A stretch of 64,000 nt of DNA, from contig CAWGPD010000004.1 of NCBI GenBank assembly GCA_963824385.1, forward strand, positions 448,001 to 512,000, given 5' to 3'. The stretch's first letter is position 1; each line of letters opens with the position of its first letter. The stretch is from an uncultured Nitrososphaerota archaeon (GTDB lineage: Archaea; Thermoproteota; Nitrososphaeria; Nitrososphaerales; Nitrosopumilaceae). The translations under genes were made by a program, and so were the position numbers. A model generated the notes under the pieces. The model had not been told where the DNA came from, searched no databases, and was given only the letters and a program-made list of their open reading frames with translations. Of this stretch, positions 1 to 11,497 are shown one piece after another.

Positions 1-222
1 TTGTATTGTACCGTCATTGTAATTAGTTCCAAGACAATTAACCTAAAAAACAAATAACTATTATCTAATAAAAACTTGATTGCAAAATTTCACATAAAGC
101 AGGCATAACAGAAATAATTTACAAGAATCATACTACATAGTTTCTTAGAACTATATTGGCATCATAGACAATAACATTCTATACGGCTCATCCTTTTCAT
201 CCACCAAATACATCACAATAGT

Positions 223-624
223 ATGACAAGTTATTTTGAAAGTCTGTTTGAGTTTGACTCACTTTGTAGTAACATTGCAAAGATTGATGATAACATTGAG
301 TTAGTTGCAGTTCTAAATAACAAAGGTAGAGCCATAGAAATGATTGCCAAAGAGGAAGGCATCAACAGAGATTTTCCTCCTCAGAAAAGAGAGATGCTAT
401 TCATGGAATATGTGCTCAAATCTAACATGAATAAGGAACATAATCACGAATTTGGTAGAGTTTTCAGTTCCATTCTTGAAAGGGAGAAATTCACAGTATT
501 ATCATTTGAGATATTAGAATACGTATTATTAGTAATAACAAAATCAATTATCAATCCAATAGAGATCAAGAACAAAATTTCAGAAACAATAATCAACAAT
601 AGAAAAGCAGAACTAGCACAATAA
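223..624 (+). CDS. Thaumarchaeal roadblock/profilin-like small protein (DUF6659-like)
   Basis: 133 aa with pattern 'C..I..ID..I..V.VLN.KGR', 'E.LFME..L...M......FG.V'; paralogous to 8301..8729. Confidence 0.65.
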   Translation: MTSYFESLFEFDSLCSNIAKIDDNIELVAVLNNKGRAIEMIAKEEGINRDFPPQKREMLFMEYVLKSNMNKEHNHEFGRVFSSILEREKFTVLSFEILEYVLLVITKSIINPIEIKNKISETIINNRKAELAQ

Positions 625-953
625 ATTATTCCTGACACACATTTTCACATCATATAGATTATTTTGTATTAGGAAAATAAGGATAAAATAAAAATCTCGT
701 TCATCTATTCGTTCTCATTGATTGCGTGATATACTATTTAGCAAACATGGGAGACATGCTACGATTCGATAAAACTATAGACAATATTTAGATAAAAACA
801 GGTAACTCTGTAAATTGGTCTACAGAGATTCCTTTACATGTCAAGGTTTTCCGAATTTTTGTAGACCCTCCCCACAATTACTAGTTCTATCATTTTTTTC
901 TGACAAGAAATGAAGCGAGAATTGATTATACCTCTGAAACAGATTCTTCTTCT

Positions 954-2289
954 TTACTTTATTATTTGACTTAATTCCTTTTGTCGGATTATCTTTCCTA
1001 GTGTTATGGTATCAAGAGTTGAACGAATTTTTCCTTGCTTGATTTTATCATTCCATTCCTTTACTTTGGCAAACTTGTCCCCATCTCCAATTATTTTCGT
1101 AGCCAAAAATGGATTGTTTGACCACCATGAAATTGCAGTTTGTATGACATATTGCAAATCATTATCAGATATTATTGGCCATTGCTGACTCAATACATTT
1201 TCAAGCGGAAGATCAAGAAGACCCAGTCTTTTTTTGATCATAAATAAAATTTCTATAAACCTAGGCGGTTCTTCAAGTGCTGATACAGATATTTTTACCA
1301 TATTTCCATCTTGGGCACTTTTGTCACTATCTACAAATATTATCTTGACCAACCCACGAGTACCTGAGATAGTCAGCTCGTCTTTTCCAGATTCAATCTT
1401 ACCTCCCATCTCTTTGACAATATCCAACATAACTTGAAGACGTTGTTTCTGCATCTCTTCAAGCGGTATAGGAGTATCAGATTTTTTTTCAGTCAACGTA
1501 GTTATGGTATCAGATGATTTTACCAGATTCAATCTTGATGCATCCCAATACAGTTTGTACCAACTCAAAATCATCATTTTCAAATATCAGAGTATCAGGG
1601 ATTCTCTTGTCTACAGTTGCCAGCCTTCGCAAGACATTAAAAATCTCATCAGGCACATTTGGCAACTGGGAATTTTCAACAAATCCGTGTTTTCCCTCAG
1701 CATCAGATTTCCAAGTAGCTGCGATTGGCTCGGCAATTGTAGATACAATATTGTATACTGCACGTTTTTCCATAGGTGCAAGCATTGGGGTATTATCATT
1801 TAGATAAGTACGAAAGTATGTCGTTCCTTCAAAACTTGAACATTTGAGTACGTTGCCAAGATTTACTTTGGCATAGAATTTTTCTTTCTTTGTTTCAACT
1901 TTTAGCTGAGTCCAGTCTCTTGATTTAGGATCAAAGACTTCCCAGGATTCAGGACTAGGAAGTTCGACTTGTTTTTCATCCCCAAGTTTTCTTACTTCTG
2001 GCTTGTACAGTCTTGTCATAGTTTTGACATGATCTTCTAGTGTATGAACAGAAGCGTTTACACCCCACAAGGAATCAAGAAACTCTTTGCGTTTTGAAGA
2101 ATCAACAACTAGCGTCCAACGCTTATCAACAGAACGCGGTCTTATCTCAAGTCTGTTGAGAAGTTTATCCAATCTAGATTTCTGTGAGAATTGTAATGGA
2201 TTAATTTTGGTAAATGTATTTTTGTATGTCTCACATAGATTTGGTTTTCCCCTCTGAAAGCAAATATCACAAAATTCAAGCGGTTCCAA
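954..2289 (-). CDS. Conserved hypothetical protein (~444 aa), split by one extra base at ~1528
   Basis: ORFs 1510..2289 and 954..1583 join if GAATC is read as GATC on the minus strand (…GCIKIDLVKSSDTIT…); N-terminal CxxC. Confidence 0.6.
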
Positions 2290-2456
2290 ATCTATATCTC
2301 AACTAGTAATTATAATTGGGTATTATAATAGATATCAAACTTATAATCAAAAATAAAACCCGATAAAAAATGCTTTAACTAATTTAACTAATAACACCAT
2401 ACGATTTCACAGTAACGCATACCTTTGAAATTGTCCAATGTCATAGTGGTATCATC

Positions 2457-3647
2457 ATGAGTGAAGCTGCAATAGCATTAGAAGGCGTAGCTGGCAAATA
2501 TGCCGCAGAGGCAATAAAACAAGACAACCAAGGCGCTAAAGGCAATGCAGTTACTAATTATCAGAAGGCTATTGAGGCACTAACAAGACTAATCCATCTT
2601 TTCCCAGATAATACTTTGAATGCTGTTTATCAACAACATTGTGAACAGTACCAAAAAAGAATAGGCGAATTACAAAACTCATTTGATGATTCATCTCCTA
2701 ACGAAAACTCTGGCAACAACGGTTCATCCCAAGGCAACTCCAATCAAACAACTACTAACACTAATCTTGATAACATGATATTAAAAGAAAAACCAAATGT
2801 TAGCTGGAAGGAGGTAATAGGCCTAGAGGATGTCAAGACAGCACTACGGGAAGCCATAGTATATCCTGCCAGAAAACCAGAACTCTTCACATTAGGTTGG
2901 CCAAGAGGAATTCTCCTATACGGACCTCCAGGATGTGGAAAAACAATGCTTGCTGCAGCAACTGCCAGTGAGATTTCAGGCTATTTCATTAATGTCGATG
3001 CTGCTTCAATGATGAGTAAATGGTTAGGTGATGCTGAAAAAAATGTATCCAAACTATTTCACATGGCACGAGATACTTCTAAAAGAGAAGATGTGCCAGT
3101 CATAATGCTAATTGATGAGGTAGACTCGCTTCTTGGAAATTCACAGAATGAAAACGGTGGAGAGATTAGAGTAAAGAACCAGTTTCTTACAGAGATGGAC
3201 GGAGTAAATGATAAAGGAAAAAATCTTCAAACTTATGTTATTGCAGCTACTAACAAACCTTGGAAATTAGATTGGGCATTTCTTAGAAGATTTTCAAAAA
3301 GAGTGTACATACCATTGCCAGCAGTGGAAGCAAGAGAAAAGCTCTTTTCAATATATTTAGCAAAACTAAAAAAAGATCCATCAGTAAGTGCATTAGAACT
3401 TGCTCAATTAACAGACGGGTATAGTGCAAGTGACGTAAAAGACATCTGTCAATCAGCGCAATTATCTGTTATAGATGAATATTTCAGTGTGGCAGATGCA
3501 AACGGGGACAAAGATCTTTCACATGTCAAACTGCGAGACTGTACCACAGATGATTTTCAGAAAATCATTAAAAAAAGAAAACCTAGTGTCAATCAAGGAA
3601 TGATCCAGGAATATTCAAACTGGACTAAAGACTTTAGTGCACTATAA
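2457..3647 (+). CDS. cdvC: Vps4/CdvC AAA+ ATPase with N-terminal MIT domain
   Basis: MIT-like helices (AIKQD…YQKAIEAL…Y.KRI), Walker A GPPGCGKT, pore loop SKWLG, Walker B IDEVD, ATNKPW.LD.AFLRRF. Confidence 0.9.
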   Translation: MSEAAIALEGVAGKYAAEAIKQDNQGAKGNAVTNYQKAIEALTRLIHLFPDNTLNAVYQQHCEQYQKRIGELQNSFDDSSPNENSGNNGSSQGNSNQTTTNTNLDNMILKEKPNVSWKEVIGLEDVKTALREAIVYPARKPELFTLGWPRGILLYGPPGCGKTMLAAATASEISGYFINVDAASMMSKWLGDAEKNVSKLFHMARDTSKREDVPVIMLIDEVDSLLGNSQNENGGEIRVKNQFLTEMDGVNDKGKNLQTYVIAATNKPWKLDWAFLRRFSKRVYIPLPAVEAREKLFSIYLAKLKKDPSVSALELAQLTDGYSASDVKDICQSAQLSVIDEYFSVADANGDKDLSHVKLRDCTTDDFQKIIKKRKPSVNQGMIQEYSNWTKDFSAL

Positions 3648-3714
3648 TTTTATTTTATATATCTTAATTTTTAATCTAGCAATCCCTGATTCAAATTTTA
3701 GAATAAACGAAATT

Positions 3715-4956
3715 CTATTCTCTTCTTAATGCAACCATTGGAGAAAGCTTTGATGCCTTCCATGCAGGATACATTCCTGCCAAGACACTTAGTCCCAAAG
3801 AAAGTAACCAGACTTTGATCAAATCCGTAGGAACGTAGATTGGCGGTATGTGAACAGGTGCACCTCCTCCAGTAGGAGTAGTGGTTGTAACTATACCCAA
3901 TATGATACCTGCAACCATGCCAATTGCCATCCCAGATGAAGCCCCAATTATGCCAATCAGCGCAGCCTCTACTAGGAACAGCGCAAGTATCTCAGCATTC
4001 TGAGCCCCTATTGCCTTCATGGTACCTATCTCACGAATTCTTTCTGTAACAGAATTGTATAATGTAGTAACAATACCAACTGCACCTACAACAAGTGCAA
4101 TAATTCCAACCATTAGAATAAAAGCTGCGTTTCCGCTTGCAGCTTGCTGCCTTACTGCCATAAGTGCCTTGGGCGTTGTAGCGCCAAGAGTTTTTCCAAA
4201 CATATCAGTTATCTCTTGCTGTACAGTATCAACATCATCAGGACTAGTTGCAGCCATTATCAGTGAATCATACCTGTTTTGCTTGTGCAGTAGTTGATTG
4301 CCTGCATCAAGATTGATAATCATAGACCTGTCGATTCCAGTATTACCAGACGGTTTTAGTATTCCTGTAACTATAAAATTTTTTATTACTGTGTGCGATC
4401 CACTTGAATCAGAATATGTTGCTGTTGCCTTGATTGTTTCTCCAAGTGTGACAAAAGCAGTATCCGCGCCAGGCGGATTTACTATAGTATCTCCCACTAG
4501 TGCCGACCCCCGGTCACCGGGATTTACTACAGAACCATCAATATATTGAAGATTGGGTAGTTCTACAGTCAATTTGGATGGATCAATTGCGGTAACAGAA
4601 GCATGCTGAACGCTTCCCATTGAATTCATCTGTATAGAACCAGTGTACTCTGGTACGACATCAGATACATTTGGAAGACTCTTGAGTTTTTGTACAATGA
4701 CATCATTGATTGTTATAGAATTACTTGTGGAAGTTGCATATGAGCTAAGGGAACGTTGTCCACTACCTACAAAAAGAACATTAGCTGCTAATGTGTTAAA
4801 TTGTTGTTCCAAGAATGCAGCCTGACCTGCACTTAGACCATTTAATACGACAACAAGACTGCTGCCAAGTACGACCATTAAAATTGTAAGTAGTGTCCTG
4901 ACCTTTCTATCAACTAGTGCCTCAAATGACAATAAAAAAAGATCTTTAGGATTCAT
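3715..4956 (-). CDS. MacB/FtsX-type ABC transporter permease
   Basis: RTLLTILMVVLG, SVTERIREIGTMKAIGA, YPAWKASKLSPMVALR; probable start MNPKDL at 4956. Confidence 0.9.
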   Translation of the reverse strand: MNPKDLFLLSFEALVDRKVRTLLTILMVVLGSSLVVVLNGLSAGQAAFLEQQFNTLAANVLFVGSGQRSLSSYATSTSNSITINDVIVQKLKSLPNVSDVVPEYTGSIQMNSMGSVQHASVTAIDPSKLTVELPNLQYIDGSVVNPGDRGSALVGDTIVNPPGADTAFVTLGETIKATATYSDSSGSHTVIKNFIVTGILKPSGNTGIDRSMIINLDAGNQLLHKQNRYDSLIMAATSPDDVDTVQQEITDMFGKTLGATTPKALMAVRQQAASGNAAFILMVGIIALVVGAVGIVTTLYNSVTERIREIGTMKAIGAQNAEILALFLVEAALIGIIGASSGMAIGMVAGIILGIVTTTTPTGGGAPVHIPPIYVPTDLIKVWLLSLGLSVLAGMYPAWKASKLSPMVALRRE

Positions 4957-7220
4957 TTTCTTTCTTTTTGGTATCGTCAAATATGGATACTATGTCCGAA
5001 TCCCCCTGTGTTACCATCTTTAGTTTTTTCTTTGCCAGTTTTTTCTTTCTCGCTAGAAATACAATCACTGCAGCTACTGCAACAATTATTCCAATAGTCA
5101 CTGGTTCTGGTAGAGGTATCTGATTAAGTATTGGTATATTACCAAGTATAGAACCAGACTTGGCAGTTGTAATGGCCTGACGAGCCTTTGCAATAGATAT
5201 GGTTCCATTTACTATAACAGTATGAAAGACCTTTAGATCATCAGCATATACTACCTTGAATGCCACATTATAGGTTCCAGACGGTATTGAAGTAAGTCCT
5301 CTAATCGGAACGCTGATTGGAATTGGTGAATCTGGTGAGAGATCACCTATGAATTGTTGCGATGAACTTGCTGCACCGCCGCCTCCAGAGCGCCCTTGCC
5401 CACCTGCACCACCGCCACTCCTCCTCCAGAGTATCCACCTGCACCGCCGCCACTCCTCCTCCAGAGTATCCACCTGCACCGCCGCCAGCTCCTCCTCCAG
5501 AGTATCCACCTGCACCGCCGCCAGCTCCTCCTCCAGAGTATCCACCTGCACCGCCGCCAGCTCCTCCTCCAGAGTATCCACCTGCACCGCCGCCAGAAGG
5601 TGTAGATGAATGGGTTTGATTATTTGTCGAATTTGCAATTCTTGCAGTTCGCATTTCTTGCGTAAGTTGTGAAGGTGCAAGCTGAACTGTTGTAAATAAT
5701 GCAGTTGTACTACCTTGATTGAGTAAATTGCCCACTATGGTAGAAGTTCCACCTGCAGTAGTTTCAGTTAGACCATATACTTGGAGCTTGATATCACCTA
5801 CAACAAATGCACCAAGTGTAAGGGAATTTGTTTGAGCTTGACCATTTGAATCATAACTAGCAGTCAGTGTAAACGAGGTTGGAGTAGAAATCAGTGAAGT
5901 TGCTGCATATACCTTAGTTGATAGAGTTTGGTTAGATCCTGGGCCTAAGGTTGGTATTGTCCAAGTAGAAGTTCCAACAATAGATACTGAAGTTGATTGT
6001 GGTACAAGATTTATAATTACATTAGTCATCGTATTGTTGCTATGATTTGATACCGCAAAATCAAGATCAGCTAAATTTCCTGCAACAATCACAGGAGTTG
6101 ATTGATTTCCAAGATATGACAAAGTAATAGATTGTGGCGGACTAGGAGTTACAACAAGACCTGTAGAAACATCAGTGGTTAAAATCTTGCCCCAGGCATT
6201 TTCATAACTAATATTTAGCTCCACCTGCTGGGTAGAACCAGCAGCACCAGTGCCTGGGTAAACAGTTGTAGATATCCGAGCATCCGAGTTTGCATGAATC
6301 GTTCCAAGGTTGAAGGAATTAGGCCCTAAATTAACAATATTAGTAGTACCTGAAGACAATGTAATTGCTCCACTACTAGAACTTCCAGAAGCACCTTTAG
6401 ATTGTCCAAGATTTACAATTGTGGCAACTACACCTGTTGCATCAGCAGAGCCCTTGTTTTCAACATCTATCGTTATAGTACTCTGAGTTTGAGGAGGAAC
6501 CTCTGGAGTATCAGTTGATGCATCCATTATTACCTTACCAGGAAGAACAAATGGAACGTCAAGTAATGCCGAAGTACATTGCGTTCCAACTACTCCTACT
6601 TCAACATAATTTGCAACAAGTGTGGTAGCAAAAGTACCTACTCTAGCAGTTGATAGCACATTTATGTTAAAGTACATAGTAAATGTACCTCCAGGCGATA
6701 TGGTACCATAATAGTTTCCAATTGCAGCACTAGATGCAGAAGAAACTCGAGATGCTTGAGTGTGTTGTTGAAGTAATTGAGGATTTGCGCTCTCTCCAGT
6801 AGCTGCAAATCCCGATGGAAGATTAAGAAAAGCAGTAACAGATGTTATCGGAAAGTTTGAATTTCTGTTTGTCATGACCACTGCAAAAACTGAAGGTCCT
6901 TCTCCCGGGCCTATCTCTTTTTTGACAGGATTGCTAGTAATGTCGGTATTAGTAGACGTTCCTTGATCTACCCAATACGAGTCAACAACCACTGGACCGG
7001 CATAAGTGGCATCAAGTATTGTAGTAAGAGGTGCAAAACAATCCTGTGTTTGTTGTGTCGATATACCTGATGTTGTAGTGGTAGTGGTTGTAGTCTGTCC
7101 AAATGCATTAAACGATGAAATCATGGTAGGTGCAAAAAGCATCAGGATTAAAATCGGGATTACAACTTTAACTGCAAGTTTTCTTGAGAAAAACTTGCTA
7201 AAAGAGTTAATGGTAGACAT
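4946..7220 (-). CDS. COG1361/S-layer-domain-like secreted, membrane-anchored protein (~758 aa) with Gly-rich linker; two apparent 1-nt deletions
   Basis: Signal peptide, Ig-like beta-rich segments, C-terminal TM plus basic tail; lies between the ABC ATPase and permease; restoring G at ~5418 and ~5453 joins the ORFs. Confidence 0.75.
5401..5596. repeat. 36-bp coding tandem repeat (~5.5 copies) encoding GGGAGGYSGGGA
   Basis: Unit cacctgcaccgccgccagctcctcctccagagtatc; two copies lack the G of AGCT. Confidence 0.95.
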
Positions 7221-7944
7221 CTTGTTCTATTCTCCCATCTCTTAGCAATATAGATCTATCACTATTTGCAGCAAGTTCTGGATTGTGAGTTACCATGACT
7301 ATGGTACGTTTGAATTTGTGTGAAAGATTTTTCAGCATGGCAAAAACGTCATCACCAGTCTTTGTATCCAAGTTTCCAGTAGGTTCATCAGCTAAAATTA
7401 TAGTAGGATTATTTATCAACGAACGAGCTATTGCAACTCTTTGTTGTTGTCCACCACTAAGATTTACGGGTTTTTGGTTTTTCTTATCATCTATACCAAG
7501 TGCTTCCAGGATTTTGGTGGCACGAAAGTCTGCAACATCATGTGACATACCGGCAATAAGTCCAGGCAGTTTTACATTTTTCAGCACAGTTGTTCTATTG
7601 ATAAGATTAAACGATTGGAAAATAAATCCAATTCGCTCATTTCTCAGGGTAGCAATTTCAGAGTCATTCATAGAAAACATATCTATGCCATCAACTGAGA
7701 TTTTTCCGCTGGTTGGTCTATCAAGTGCACCAATCATATTAAGAACTGTAGATTTTCCACTTCCAGATGGTCCTACAATTGATACAAATTCACCTTTTTT
7801 AATTGTAAAACTTACGTTATCTAATGCAACAACTCTTCCTGCAGCAGTATCATAGATCTTTGAAAGATTTTCAACTCTTAGAGCATTAGAATCATTAGAT
7901 CCGGTTTGTGTATTTTTAGATACTAAATTTTGTTTATTACTCAT
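7207..7944 (-). CDS. LolD/MacB-family ABC ATP-binding protein
   Basis: GPSGSGKST, LSGGQQQRVAIAR, ILADEPTGNLD, VTH. Confidence 0.95.
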   Translation of the reverse strand: MSNKQNLVSKNTQTGSNDSNALRVENLSKIYDTAAGRVVALDNVSFTIKKGEFVSIVGPSGSGKSTVLNMIGALDRPTSGKISVDGIDMFSMNDSEIATLRNERIGFIFQSFNLINRTTVLKNVKLPGLIAGMSHDVADFRATKILEALGIDDKKNQKPVNLSGGQQQRVAIARSLINNPTIILADEPTGNLDTKTGDDVFAMLKNLSHKFKRTIVMVTHNPELAANSDRSILLRDGRIEQDVYH

Positions 7945-8052
7945 AATCAGTCCCTTTGAAATTCATAGACGTATTGCGTAATATTAAGAAACTCATCATA
8001 GTAATTATTTCTAAAGTACATGATAACATGATATTTTAGTTAATTTTTTTAC

Positions 8053-8097
8053 ATAAAACGTTTGTCAAACCTTGTTCAAGAACATTGTTAGTGATGA
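8053..8097. promoter_or_regulatory. Conserved intergenic motif, copy 1
   Basis: ataaaacgtttgtcaaaccttgttcaagaacattgttagtgatga closely matches 8752..8797. Confidence 0.55.
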
Positions 8098-8300
8098 TTC
8101 AAGATGAACTACAAATAAGGATAAAATCACACATAGAAATAAGACAGATCTAATACGGTTTAAAACATTCCAGATGAAAATATTTTGGAGGTCTTGCTCC
8201 AATTCGCAACATTGTATCACCTTCTACAAATCCTAGATTACATTTTCTACACTTGTTATTTCCAAACGTATCAAGTCTTGCAATATCTCTGGGCTCTAGT

Positions 8301-8729
8301 TTAATTTGCATCATTTTTGCCAATTTTATCTTCTAAGAGTTGCATTATTAAAAATGGAATTTTTAAAAAATCTAGATCTTTTTCTGCTGTAACACACAAT
8401 ATTTCAGTCTCCAATGGAAAGATTAAAGATATCATATTTTGACCATATGAGATTGTAAAATTTACAGGTCCAAGTTGAGTGTCGTGTACTCTACGCATCC
8501 GTACTCCTAATGCAGTCTCCATTAACAAAATCTCTAGGTCTTTTGGATCGATGAAAAATTTCAATCCCGTCCTCTTATTTTCAGTAAGTAATTTTCCCTT
8601 ATCATTAAGTATTCCAGCAAATCTAATTTTAGGATCTAAATTGAGGATCTCGGCACAAAAAGATTCAAGTCTTTCTTGAGAATAATTTTTTTGACTAGAA
8701 TCTTGAACTGACTGCAACTCAAATGCCAC
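8301..8729 (-). CDS. Roadblock/profilin-like DUF6659-type protein
   Basis: C.EIL.LDPKIRFAGILN.KG, E.LLME.AL.VRMR…D..LG.V.F. Confidence 0.7.
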   Translation of the reverse strand: MAFELQSVQDSSQKNYSQERLESFCAEILNLDPKIRFAGILNDKGKLLTENKRTGLKFFIDPKDLEILLMETALGVRMRRVHDTQLGPVNFTISYGQNMISLIFPLETEILCVTAEKDLDFLKIPFLIMQLLEDKIGKNDAN

Positions 8730-8751
8730 ATCTATAACTCATCAATTTCAG

Positions 8752-8797
8752 ATAAAACAGTTGCCAAACCTTGTTCAGTAACATTGTTACTGAATGA
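8752..8797. promoter_or_regulatory. Conserved intergenic motif, copy 2, with perfect palindrome TTCAGTAACA-T-TGTTACTGAA (8774..8794)
   Basis: 10-bp inverted repeat between divergent genes. Confidence 0.6.
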
Positions 8798-8855
8798 CAA
8801 ATGTACTAAAAATACAACTGATCAAAAGAAATAATTTCGAATAAAGGCTTAATAC

Positions 8856-9188
8856 TTGACTGATACCGCATCAAACTATAACTTGTCACACGAATATAGA
8901 GATAGAATTTACATACGAAAAGATATAATTTTAAAATTAACAGAGTTTGGTGAGCTCAATCAGACATCACTTCTTAGCTATTGTGGCTTGAATTTAATGA
9001 AACACAAAGATATTCTTGAGAGTCTTGAGAAAAAAGGTTTCATAGAGAGAAAAGAGCAGGCATGGGGAAATAAAAAGATAATAAAATACGCAGTGACTCA
9101 AAAGGGACGAGAGTTTTTCAAACTAATTTTAGAACCATATGAGGATATGTTTCCTAGAAAGGAGAGACATGTTGAAGAACAAAGTTAG
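8856..9188 (+). CDS. Winged-helix transcriptional regulator (HTH_45/ArnR1-like)
   Basis: YRDRIYI.KDI, NQT.LLSYCGLN, LE.KGFI, Y..T.KG.EF. Confidence 0.75.
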   Translation: MTDTASNYNLSHEYRDRIYIRKDIILKLTEFGELNQTSLLSYCGLNLMKHKDILESLEKKGFIERKEQAWGNKKIIKYAVTQKGREFFKLILEPYEDMFPRKERHVEEQS

Positions 9189-9225
9189 CGAAGCATTTTT
9201 AATGCAAATAGAGGAGATCTACTAA

Positions 9226-9756
9226 ATGTCAGAACCAGAAAACAATTCTTCTAAAAAAGAGAAAATGCCAGAGGATAAAGACGAGGGTACAAAATCTGAC
9301 AATGTTTTAAAAATTTTAGACGAACTTTTAGCTCATACTAATAGGTCAAGACGGTTATTTTTGGCGTTTATTGCAACTGCGTTATTTTTTGGACCTGCCG
9401 CAATAATACTAGGAGGAATTTTACTTGAGCATCCGGATTATAGTATAAGACAGTTAGAAGCACAACAAGGAAATGGAACCGAATTTCGTCATATTCAGCC
9501 AGGAACACATCTTCAACTAGTTGATCAGAATGGTACAGTCATAAGGGAGATAACTACGATGGGTGCAAACCGTGCTCCTCATAACACAGCCATAATTTTG
9601 GGATTACGCATATTCATCATACTCTCAATAACATTTGCTGTAATCCTATTGCTTATTGCAGTAAAGGAATACAAATTCTTTGTTCATTGGAGCAAGCGAT
9701 TTACCAAATACAAATCTCTCCAAGATAAAGTCGACAAAGAATTAGGCGATGACTAG
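9226..9756 (+). CDS. Two-TM membrane protein, hypothetical
   Basis: Two hydrophobic segments; directly downstream of the wHTH gene. Confidence 0.65.
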   Translation: MSEPENNSSKKEKMPEDKDEGTKSDNVLKILDELLAHTNRSRRLFLAFIATALFFGPAAIILGGILLEHPDYSIRQLEAQQGNGTEFRHIQPGTHLQLVDQNGTVIREITTMGANRAPHNTAIILGLRIFIILSITFAVILLLIAVKEYKFFVHWSKRFTKYKSLQDKVDKELGDD

Positions 9757-9896
9757 TACTAAAGACCAAAGACTGAAAAATCATCAATAGAAAAAAGGAT
9801 TAAGCAGTAAGAAAATTGAAAATGTAGAAAGTTTCTAGCATCAAGAACTTTGTTAACTAATACATAAATATCTCTCCTGAAAAATAATGAAGCATA

Positions 9897-10650
9897 TTGA
9901 AACCCATTTTACTTTTAGGATTAATTGCCATAGTGTTTGTAACAAGTATGATATTTGCAACACAAGCTAGTGCACAATCCTCAGGACAAGGAGGTCAAGG
10001 ATACCAAGGTGGAAATGGAACTGGAGGTCAACACCAATTCCAGGGTACACGTACTCCTGTAAATGGCACATATACCAATTCTAACTTTGGAGTGCAGATA
10101 ACACTTCCAGATGGATGGAGCGGTTTTGAGATGAAATCAACCTCAGGAAGTACTAGAGTAATGATAGCACCTGGAGGATACCAATCAACACAGGGAGCAC
10201 CACGACCACCAATTACAATCAGTATGTCAATGACACCAATTAGTCTCAACAACATCTACATCACAATTCCCGCAAAGAACTATGCAGGGATTAACATGTA
10301 CGAATTCCACATCGACTAATACTGTCAACGGTTTGAATCTTAACGTGTTAACAAAAGACTGTACAGGGACGGATTCTAATGGAAATCCTATTGAAATGAA
10401 ATCCAAGGCCGAGACGACTCAAACAGGCTCGGCAAATATAATGCTAAGTTATAGAGCAAACTCTTCTTCAGGGCATGATTCCCAAGTTGCAGCTTTTGAC
10501 AGCATGGTTAACACTCTTCAGATTTCAAGCCCTTCACAAGCACCTGCCGTACCAGAATTTCCAGTTTCCATTGTAGGATGGGTTGTTGCAATAATGGTAG
10601 GAGTGATCGTAGTACTTGGAAGAGTAAAAATAATTCCAAGCAGCATCTAA
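9897..10650 (+). CDS. Secreted PEFG-CTERM protein (~250 aa), one extra base at ~10244
   Basis: Signal peptide; C-terminal AVPEFP + TM + basic residues; AGTCT read as AGCT joins 9897..10319 to 10282..10650. Confidence 0.8.
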
Positions 10651-10723
10651 GATTCTAGTTTACTAACATACCAAGAAAAATGCGATCAAACTTTATTAAA
10701 ACGGATCAAGTAATATTTAGTCA

Positions 10724-11293
10724 TTGGATAGTAGTCAATGTTACAAATTACTTGGTATAAGTGAAAATGCTTCTATAATTGAGATTAAGAATGCATATCG
10801 TAGACTTGCCCTAGAGCATCATCCCGATAAAAATATCTCTTCAAAAGATGGAGTAAAATTCAAAATGATAGCAGAGGCGTATCATACCCTACGTGTAAAA
10901 AATAGTGCATATGCCATGTCAGACTATGCAGCAAAATATCATGCCATGAGTAAAAATCACAAATATGAAAAAGATAGCATTCTGGCTTGGCTGAATTTTC
11001 TGTACTATAAGATAGATTACAAATATGTAAAATATGTAAGAATAATATTTTTTTATTATCTCAAGTATGAACCAACCTTGTTTGAATACAGTGATGAAAT
11101 AGAGAGAAAGGCATCCATCTTGATGCATCGCTCAATCGAATTTTTCCGAAACGAATGCATAAGAATTATGTTTAGAATTATCACATTATCTTCAAAGTCA
11201 ATCCACATACCGTTAACCTCAAAGGAGTTTAACTTTACAGTGATGTTATTTTCATTCAAGAATCATCTGAAGAATAAAGAAAAAACAGTGTAA
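10724..11293 (+). CDS. J-domain (DnaJ-like) protein
   Basis: Y.LLG…[18 protein letters not shown]…F..I.EAY..L. Confidence 0.85.
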   Translation: MDSSQCYKLLGISENASIIEIKNAYRRLALEHHPDKNISSKDGVKFKMIAEAYHTLRVKNSAYAMSDYAAKYHAMSKNHKYEKDSILAWLNFLYYKIDYKYVKYVRIIFFYYLKYEPTLFEYSDEIERKASILMHRSIEFFRNECIRIMFRIITLSSKSIHIPLTSKEFNFTVMLFSFKNHLKNKEKTV

Positions 11294-11497
11294 AGCATAT
11301 GCACTCAATCATACCATAACACTTGGAAAACCTTCTGACCGATATCACATACACATCATTCAAAGACAATCAGGATTTATCTAGAAACATTTTAAGTCAT
11401 TCACGTGAGATTAGATCATTCTAAATTCTTAGAATTAGAATTAGCGATAGCTGAATTTTTTGTTAGCTTATATATCCAAAATCATCTAGAAAACATA

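Noticed and set aside
630..950. Small ORF or ncRNA in the intergenic gap
   Set aside because: Only very short frames and no convincing structure
5401..5596. 36-bp repeats as a CRISPR array
   Set aside because: Contiguous repeats with no spacers, in frame within a gene; no cas genes in the window
5349..5619. Plus-strand Pro-rich or repeat ORFs
   Set aside because: Antisense shadows of the Gly-rich repeat
7295..7855. 186-aa plus-strand ORF, and similar antisense ORFs (33817..34317, 44176..44634)
   Set aside because: Fully opposite well-supported genes, no recognisable motifs
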